Positions 57,514 through 64,000 of a stretch of 64,000 bases of DNA are shown in pieces. Below the pieces are notes generated by a model. That model was given only the letters and a program-made list of their open reading frames with translations, was not told where the DNA came from and did not search any database. Every line of letters starts with the position of its first letter. The first letter of the stretch is position 1. The position numbers were made by a program, and so were the translations under genes. The DNA is from a virus (taxonomy: Duplodnaviria > Caudoviricetes): the IMG/VR virus record IMGVR_UViG_3300031555_004891. One strand, written 5' to 3'.

Positions 57514-58818
57514 ATGTTTAAAGATTTTGTAGACTTATGCACTAAATTAGCTGGAACAACTAGTCGACTCAAGAAAGAAGAATACTTGAGAGAATATGAA
57601 AATAATGATTATGTAAAGAAATGCTTATATTTTAGATTTAACCCATACATCACTACAGGTATTTCTAAAAAGAAGATTTCTAAATTACAGCAATCATTTG
57701 AAGATAGAATTGTAGACCCTAATTATAATGTTTTAGATCTGCTGGATTATATTAAAGAGCATAATACAGGTAGAGATGTAGATTTGAGCAAGCTTGAGAG
57801 TTATGCTGAGATGAATTCGCCTTACGCTGATATTATTTATGGTTTAGTTTCAAAAGAATTGAATTTAGGTATTCAAGCAATCACACTTAATAAAGTTTAT
57901 GGTGATAATTTTGTTCCAACGTTTGATTTAATGTTAGCTATGAAATATTTCGATGATCCAGATAAATATCTTCCAGATGGTACAGAATTTGACATTACAG
58001 CAAAACTAGATGGCGTAAGATGTGTTTGCTTTTATGATACTGATTCTATTAAATTCTTTAGCCGTCAAGGTCAACCTATTTATGGCTTAAATCAATTGGA
58101 AGAAGCAGTCAGAGAAAACTTAACACCTGGGTATGTTTATGATGGTGAGCTTCTGTTAAATAGATCAGATCTACACAGTAAAGATTTGTATAGAGCAACA
58201 GTAAAAGTAACATCTGCTGATGCTGTAAAAGAAAATATAGTTTTCAATATTTTTGATAGACTTTCAATAGAAGAATTCAAAAGAGGCTATTCGGATAGTA
58301 TTTCTAGAGATAGAAAAGATGCTTTGCATGCAGAATTGCAGCGTAATAAATCAGAATTCTTAAAAGAAGTAGAAATTCTTTATAGAGGAACAGATAAGTC
58401 TAAAATTCAATATTGGTTGGATAAAATTACATCAGAAGGCGGCGAAGGTGTAATGCTCAACTTATGTAATAGTCCATATGAGTGTAAAAGAAGTAAAGTA
58501 ATTCTTAAAGTAAAGAAAATGCAATCCGCAGATTTAAAATGTATTGCAGTAGAAGAAGGTACTGGTCAAAATGTTGGTAGACTAGGTGCAGCTATTGTAC
58601 AACTTCCTGTAGAAGATAAAATCTATGAAGTAAGTGTTGGTTCCGGTTTCACATTCGAAGATCGAGAATACTTCTGGAATAATAGAGAAGAAATTGTCGG
58701 TAAAATTATCGAGGTACAGTATTTCGAGATAACGCAAAACCAGCAAGGCGGATATAGTTTGAGATTCCCTGTATTTAAAGCAGTAAGAAACGATAAAACA
58801 GAAGTATCTATGTTTTAA
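57514..58818 (+). CDS. lig: ATP-dependent DNA ligase
   Basis: KLDGVR, YDGEL, EGVML, LKVK, SLRFP. Confidence 0.92.
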   Translation: MFKDFVDLCTKLAGTTSRLKKEEYLREYENNDYVKKCLYFRFNPYITTGISKKKISKLQQSFEDRIVDPNYNVLDLLDYIKEHNTGRDVDLSKLESYAEMNSPYADIIYGLVSKELNLGIQAITLNKVYGDNFVPTFDLMLAMKYFDDPDKYLPDGTEFDITAKLDGVRCVCFYDTDSIKFFSRQGQPIYGLNQLEEAVRENLTPGYVYDGELLLNRSDLHSKDLYRATVKVTSADAVKENIVFNIFDRLSIEEFKRGYSDSISRDRKDALHAELQRNKSEFLKEVEILYRGTDKSKIQYWLDKITSEGGEGVMLNLCNSPYECKRSKVILKVKKMQSADLKCIAVEEGTGQNVGRLGAAIVQLPVEDKIYEVSVGSGFTFEDREYFWNNREEIVGKIIEVQYFEITQNQQGGYSLRFPVFKAVRNDKTEVSMF

Positions 58819-58827
58819 TTAAAAATA

Positions 58828-58882
58828 AAAAGATCAGCTATAACGTAAAATAGTTGATCTTTTCCCATATTTATTATATAAT
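58828..58882 (+). promoter_or_regulatory. Terminator hairpin fused to a sigma70-type promoter (TTGATC-17-TATAAT)
   Basis: AGATCAGCTAT/ATAGTTGATCT hairpin; -35 at 58854-58859, -10 at 58877-58882. Confidence 0.75.
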
Positions 58883-58916
58883 ATATGTGTAAATAAATAG
58901 AAGAGGTATTTTTGTT

Positions 58917-60356
58917 ATGTTGCTAGTAGATTATTATTTTTATATTATTAAAGTATGCTATAAAAATAAGTGTGTATTTAAGTTTGGCGAATCTAAAACT
59001 GATAGACCAAAAAAGCTTTTAAAAGAATATGAAAATAAAAAGAATGTAACTGCAAAACTTCTCTACACAGATACACTTCCAAATAATGGGTATAATAGAT
59101 TATCTGATAAAGTTATTCATAAATATATTTCTAAAATGTATGAAAAAGCTAATAAGTATGAGATTCAAGTAGAGTTGGGTACAACTGATGGAATAACTGA
59201 GTTTTTTATTTGCAAGATTGGAGAATCTGATGATAAACTAGTTGAAAACTTAAAAAATATTGTATATACTATTGATACTAATCATTATAAAATTGCAGTA
59301 GAGTATTTAGATAATATCGAAAAAATACATTTTCCTCAAAACCATCAGGTCTGCTTCTATTATACTGATGCGATGGAAAAATTAGGTAATTTTCAATTAT
59401 GTGATGAGAAAGATAAACTAATAGTACTTATCGGTCAATTTACACCACAATATATAAATAGATTTGCATTCAGAAATAAAATAATAATCTGGCAAGATTC
59501 TGGTGAGACAGAATTTGCTTATGAGGATTCGAGATGTAATCAAAACATCACTTACATTTCAGATTTGGAGACATTAATTAAGATGAATCAAGACAATAAA
59601 TTTAATTATGTTTTAAGCAACCCACCATACGAATTTGCAAGCCAAATAACAAAAGCTATAATTGATAATGTAAACTTTGATACTTTTGTTAATTTAATGC
59701 CATTAAGTGATTATAATAAAGATAGTTTGTATCGATATGTAAGCAAGTTTGAGTTGGTTGACCCTACTAAATTTAAAGATGCGAAAATCACTAAAAATTT
59801 AAACATAGCAGTTATTGAACCAGATATAGTAGATAAATATTCCGATAGAGAATCTTTTGAAATAGAATCTTTTGATCCTAAATTTAAGTTATTTTATCAA
59901 ATTAATACTAATAGAGAGCATTATTGTTTATCTAGCTTTGCTTATGCTTCTAAATTGAAGTTTCAACCTAATCCATATACTGATGTGTATTTAACATTAA
60001 GAACAATCTTTGATGGTGTACATAAAACTAATAACTGCGCTGATTATAAATGGAATATTGAAAAAATTACATCAAATACGTTGTTAATAAAGAATTTTGG
60101 CGGTGAAGATTGTTTGTGGGGTTCTATATTTAGATTTAAAACCGAAATAGAGCATAAAAATTTTTGTACCTGGTGGTATCACGGTAATTTAAGCCACAAG
60201 CTAATAAAAGGATTAAACAAGACTAGTGGCACTCCAAAAATTGCGTTACCTAGAATTGATTGGTCTCGAACAGATGTAGAATATACCGATGAATATGTTT
60301 TAGAACAAATGGGATTAAAATGGAATGAAAATAAAGATGGGGTAGAGAAATTATGA
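58917..60356 (+). CDS. Fusion of a GIY-YIG/T5orf172-like N-domain to an NPPY methyltransferase catalytic/TRD half
   Basis: YIIKV...FKFGES...TEFF N-terminus; FNYVLSNPPY; no recognisable SAM-binding motif I. Confidence 0.6.
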   Translation: MLLVDYYFYIIKVCYKNKCVFKFGESKTDRPKKLLKEYENKKNVTAKLLYTDTLPNNGYNRLSDKVIHKYISKMYEKANKYEIQVELGTTDGITEFFICKIGESDDKLVENLKNIVYTIDTNHYKIAVEYLDNIEKIHFPQNHQVCFYYTDAMEKLGNFQLCDEKDKLIVLIGQFTPQYINRFAFRNKIIIWQDSGETEFAYEDSRCNQNITYISDLETLIKMNQDNKFNYVLSNPPYEFASQITKAIIDNVNFDTFVNLMPLSDYNKDSLYRYVSKFELVDPTKFKDAKITKNLNIAVIEPDIVDKYSDRESFEIESFDPKFKLFYQINTNREHYCLSSFAYASKLKFQPNPYTDVYLTLRTIFDGVHKTNNCADYKWNIEKITSNTLLIKNFGGEDCLWGSIFRFKTEIEHKNFCTWWYHGNLSHKLIKGLNKTSGTPKIALPRIDWSRTDVEYTDEYVLEQMGLKWNENKDGVEKL

Positions 60357-60622
60357 AAACAAAAATTTGGGAAAAAGATTTTAATGTATGTGGATTTAAA
60401 GCAGAGGATAAAGAACTTCTTCGTAAATATGTACCAAATATGGATACATGCTTATCTATTAAAAAGATAGCAAAAAGCGCTGCTGAGTTATCAATGCTTG
60501 ATGGTACATCTTATTATGTATCCTGCTATATTGGTGGAGTAAATAAAGGTCATATTTGTTGTATACAAACAACAGAAAAAAGATCTGCTGACAGGAAACG
60601 TTTATATCCTATAAAAGAATAA
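60353..60622 (+). CDS. Hypothetical protein
   Basis: ATGA-coupled 89 aa ORF. Confidence 0.55.
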   Translation: MKTKIWEKDFNVCGFKAEDKELLRKYVPNMDTCLSIKKIAKSAAELSMLDGTSYYVSCYIGGVNKGHICCIQTTEKRSADRKRLYPIKE

Positions 60623-60674
60623 TGTGCAGGATATTCAATAATAAAATAAAAAAAAATAGGAAGTATAAACAAAA

Positions 60675-61037
60675 ATGTCTAACTATATAACAATTATTTC
60701 AAAAGAAGATATAAAATATTTACCAGACTGGATAGCATTTGTTATGTTTGCTATTCTAGCAGCTATTGTAATTATTCCAACAGTTATTAGTTGGGCTATA
60801 GTAAAGAAAAAGAATAAACCATGGATTAATATACTTTGTACTGAGGTTATTTCTGGTGCTGTTGCTATTATAGGTGTTATCATTTTTGTTTTTACTGTGC
60901 AACCACATATGTTAGAACCATCAGGAAAATATACATATAAAGCAACTGTTGATAAAAATAAAATTACTGTTTCAGAATATGAAGATTTTATTGAGAAGTA
61001 TAAACCTAAATTTCAAGATGGTTATTATTACTTCTAA
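60675..61037 (+). CDS. Two-TM membrane protein
   Basis: Two hydrophobic helices. Confidence 0.6.
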   Translation: MSNYITIISKEDIKYLPDWIAFVMFAILAAIVIIPTVISWAIVKKKNKPWINILCTEVISGAVAIIGVIIFVFTVQPHMLEPSGKYTYKATVDKNKITVSEYEDFIEKYKPKFQDGYYYF

Positions 61038-61054
61038 GCAGAAGATATAGAGAA

Positions 61055-61270
61055 ATGAAAATATATAATATAGGAAATTATAGAGTACATCTCAGCAATA
61101 AGAAGAAGCCTGAGTCAAATTACAGCAAATTTATTGTTTATAAAAATGGGGTAAAAGGTGACCTAGATGGTGGCTACTTGAGATGGGAAAACGAAGACGT
61201 GATTGTTCCTAGATTAACAAAAGTATTAAAAGAATGGGATAACCTAGATGTTGGAAAAGAAAACATTTGA
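61055..61270 (+). CDS. Hypothetical protein
   Basis: 71 aa ORF within the operon. Confidence 0.5.
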   Translation: MKIYNIGNYRVHLSNKKKPESNYSKFIVYKNGVKGDLDGGYLRWENEDVIVPRLTKVLKEWDNLDVGKENI

Positions 61271-61982
61271 TTTAATTATAAGCAACCCACCTTATAAATA
61301 TGGGAATGAGGTTATTAAAAATACTTTATAGGTAACCGGAGAAAAAGCCGTTATACTAATGCCTGCTGCTAAATATAAAGCAGATAGGCTTTTCTCCCAT
61401 ATCGAGAATATTGAGTTAGCTGATAAAAATTTCTTTAAAGATAAGAAGCAGGATATTAAACCTGATTTAAGCATAGCTGTATGTGTAGCTGATAGTAATG
61501 ATGAAATAACTTTTGAAAAGGTTATGGATTCTCTATTACCAGAAGATATAGCGCAATTTTTGGACTTAAATAGAAAATTGAGTAAGAAATATGATCGATT
61601 AACTTATATGAAAAGTATGAGAGAAAAAGTTTCTGGAAATAAAGAATATTTTATGGTTCCTTATTGGCAGCATGTTGGTTGTGCTAGATCTGATAAAAGC
61701 GTAACTAGAAAATATAATTTTGGCGATACAGATGCGATAAATAAAATATTAAACAGTGATATGTGCTATAGCGTTTTGAAATTTCCTTCTTCTGCTTATT
61801 GGAATAATTTCTTTAATTGGTATTATAAAAATGATATTCAAGATTATATTTTATTAAACTGCTGTGATTTATTATATCCTAGTTACATATGGTTCCCGCA
61901 GATAGATTTTTCTATAGATAGAGATTATGCAAATTTAACTTTTCTTCAACTTTTAGAAATAATGTTTTCGGAAATAAAGTAA
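61248..61982 (+). CDS. Adenine methyltransferase catalytic/TRD half (NPPY; 244 aa, TAG=Gln)
   Basis: Read-through of TAG 61329-61331 gives N-terminal MLEKKTFDLIISNPPY. The C-terminus resembles that of 58917. Confidence 0.75.
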
Positions 61983-62029
61983 CACAAAATATGATCCTGT
62001 ATAAAGATATAAAGGGGTAATGTACTTTT

Positions 62030-62455
62030 ATGCAATTATCTAATGAAATAAAAGAAAAAATAAAAACAGAATACACAGAGTGGTTTAATTCTCAATATGG
62101 TGATAAAACATTAGAAGAGAGAAGAAAATTAGGTGCTTTTTTCACACCGCCTGAGCTAACCATTAAAATGATAGAGAAATTCGATTCTATAGAAAACAAA
62201 ACTATTCTAGACCCTACATGTGGTACAGGTAATTTATTAGCAGGTTGCATAATAGCAGGTGCTAATCCAGAAATGATTTATGGAAACGAATATGATCCAA
62301 CATTTGTACAGTTATGTAGAGATAGATTGAAAAAATTAGGTGTTCCTGAGTCTAATATACATGAGGGTGATGCACTTAATCCAGAAGCATTAAAGAGAAG
62401 TAATTTCACAGATAACTGGAATAAAGATGTTGGTTGTAAAACAGAATTATGGTAA
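62030..62455 (+). CDS. Stand-alone SAM-binding half of an N6-adenine methyltransferase
   Basis: GAFFTPPEL (motif X), ILDPTCGTGNLL (I), IYGNEYD (II), GDAL (III). Ends before any NPPY. Confidence 0.8.
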   Translation: MQLSNEIKEKIKTEYTEWFNSQYGDKTLEERRKLGAFFTPPELTIKMIEKFDSIENKTILDPTCGTGNLLAGCIIAGANPEMIYGNEYDPTFVQLCRDRLKKLGVPESNIHEGDALNPEALKRSNFTDNWNKDVGCKTELW

Positions 62456-62464
62456 AAAGATATT

Positions 62465-62623
62465 ATGAAAATTTGGAAAATGAAAGATTGTTTTTATTCA
62501 GATATCATAAAAGAATTAAATAATTTAGAAAAGAAACATGCTGTTGTTAGAGAAATTACAGCTAGTAATGAACACTGGTTTACAATATTTTACACTATAG
62601 AAGATAAGGTAGAAGAAGAATGA
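62465..62623 (+). CDS. Small hypothetical protein (52 aa)
   Basis: Open frame with ATGA coupling to the GNAT gene. Confidence 0.5.
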   Translation: MKIWKMKDCFYSDIIKELNNLEKKHAVVREITASNEHWFTIFYTIEDKVEEE

Positions 62624-63102
62624 GATTTTGTAATGTATGTGATTGCACAGATGCTAAAAATGATTGCAAGACATGTAAATATAGAGAAGAATGTGATTAT
62701 GTTTGGGTAACAGAAATTTGGAAAAAGAATCAGAAGCTCTTAACGCCATTAAACCCAGGTTGGGTTAAGCCTGATTTTAAAAATAATCACGTAGTAACAG
62801 TTAGTGGTAAATATGATTTTTGTGTTTTTAACGTACCAAAAAAGACTGAGACTATAACTATAAATGACATTTGTGTTGATGAGGCTGGAAGAGGTCAGGG
62901 TTTATCTAAAAAACTTATTTATGGGTTAATGGAAAAATATGATCGAGATATTATAGCTAAATGCGTAAAAGATAGCTCAGCAGAAGATTTTTGGTCTCAT
63001 ATGGGCGAAAAGATAGCAGAAGAGCCTGGTAAGCAACGTCCTTTATCTGTGTATAAGGTACGTAATGAAAAAATGAGTATGAGAAAACAGGAATTATTTT
63101 AA
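62620..63102 (+). CDS. GNAT-family acetyltransferase with Cys-rich N-terminus
   Basis: ICVDEAGRGQGLSKKLI acetyl-CoA loop; AEDFWSHMG. Confidence 0.8.
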   Translation: MRFCNVCDCTDAKNDCKTCKYREECDYVWVTEIWKKNQKLLTPLNPGWVKPDFKNNHVVTVSGKYDFCVFNVPKKTETITINDICVDEAGRGQGLSKKLIYGLMEKYDRDIIAKCVKDSSAEDFWSHMGEKIAEEPGKQRPLSVYKVRNEKMSMRKQELF

Positions 63103-63172
63103 TAATTTTATTAAATATGAAAGCACTGTTTTTGTATAAATATAATGAAACATAGACATTTTGGAGGAAGTA

Positions 63173-64000
63173 ATGGAAAAACTAATCAATCAAGATTGGA
63201 CTAATCCTTTTACTAATTGTAAAATAGGTGAAGATTATTATGGAATTATAGCTGCTGGCGAAGGTGTTAAAAATGTAAAAATGCCTGATGGGACTATTCT
63301 TGATGCTAGCGATGTTAAGAGAGATTTGGGTTATCCACAACTTTTTGCTTGGAATTTAGAAGGAAAAGCCTTGTTGGAATGGGTTGAGTATTTAGATAAA
63401 AATCCTGATTGTCCCTGTAAGTTAGTTGTTGACTCAGGTGCGTATTCTATGTGGAGCCGTGGAAAAGAATTTGATATGGATGAGTATATCAATTTCTTAA
63501 ACAGTAATGATGTTATAGAAAAAGCTTTTTGGGTAGCAGAAGCTGACGTTATCCCTGGAAGTATGGGTGTAGATCCAACAGAAGAAGAAAGAGCAGCAGC
63601 ACCTGAAAAAAGCTGGGAAAACTTCTTATATATGGTAGATAGAGTTAAAATTCCTAAGAAAATTGTACCTATTTTCCATCAAGGTGAAGATATCAAGCAT
63701 TTGAGACGAATGTTAGCTTATAGATATCCAGATGGTGATTTCATTCCATATATTGGAATTTCTCCTCGAAATGATGTCCATGTTAATGAAAAATCAAAAT
63801 GGTATGAGTATATTTGGAAAGTTATTTATGAAGATTGTGCAGCTTTAGGTCGGGATATTCCATTGACTCATAACTTTGGTATGACTACTATAGCTCTCAT
63901 GGAGCAGTATCCTAGTTACACATCAGATTCGACTTCATGGATTAGAAGCGCATCTTTTGGTAATATAATGATTATAGTAAATGGTAAAATAAAAACTGTA
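63173..64000 (+). CDS. dpdA: TGT-fold 7-deazaguanine DNA transglycosylase (DpdA-like), 3'-truncated
   Basis: Absent from the ORF track because it has no stop in the window. GGAGG RBS; motifs VVDSGAYS, DVIPG, VPIFHQGE, YIGIS, THNFGMT, SDSTSW. Confidence 0.82.
   Translation, partial: MEKLINQDWTNPFTNCKIGEDYYGIIAAGEGVKNVKMPDGTILDASDVKRDLGYPQLFAWNLEGKALLEWVEYLDKNPDCPCKLVVDSGAYSMWSRGKEFDMDEYINFLNSNDVIEKAFWVAEADVIPGSMGVDPTEEERAAAPEKSWENFLYMVDRVKIPKKIVPIFHQGEDIKHLRRMLAYRYPDGDFIPYIGISPRNDVHVNEKSKWYEYIWKVIYEDCAALGRDIPLTHNFGMTTIALMEQYPSYTSDSTSWIRSASFGNIMIIVNGKIKTV

Noticed and set aside
2951-61474. Minus-strand ORFs in the supplied track (for example 11580-11921, 17800-18117, 40876-41226, 55904-56284)
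   Set aside because: They are short antisense shadows of well-supported + strand genes with no recognisable motifs.
1-64000. Suppressor tRNA (CUA anticodon) or other tRNA/rRNA genes
   Set aside because: I could not find a cloverleaf or T-loop GTTCRA pattern in any intergenic gap. The 19.3-kb hairpins do not fit a tRNA. A tRNAscan run would be decisive.

Overview
The window is 64 kb of an AT-rich bacteriophage genome, with every gene on the + strand. It uses a recoded genetic code: TAG is read as Gln (code 15). The supplied standard-code ORF track therefore breaks many genes into same-frame fragments, which rejoin across TAG and end at TAA or TGA. Gene order: tail-fibre/collagen genes, two glycosyltransferases, a membrane HEXXH protein and holin-like genes (0-10.8 kb). 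Then a T4-like head, neck, contractile tail and baseplate module (11-43.8 kb). Then a SNF2 helicase with a class-3 LAGLIDADG intein, a sigma-like protein, initiator/DnaC/DnaB/DnaG/SSB and a PolA interrupted by a 243-nt group I intron (44-56 kb). The window ends in a DNA-modification region. Two observations stand out. (i) An apparent 7-deazaguanine salvage-and-modify system: a preQ1-I-like riboswitch upstream of a VUT/YhhQ transporter, a coupled SDR, and a GNAT next to a DpdA/TGT-fold transglycosylase. (ii) An apparently split adenine methyltransferase: one stand-alone SAM-binding half plus two paralogous NPPY/TRD halves. Three promoter classes, terminator-promoter fusions and a candidate anti-Shine-Dalgarno small RNA are also visible. 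All family assignments come from motif recognition by eye; no database search was run.
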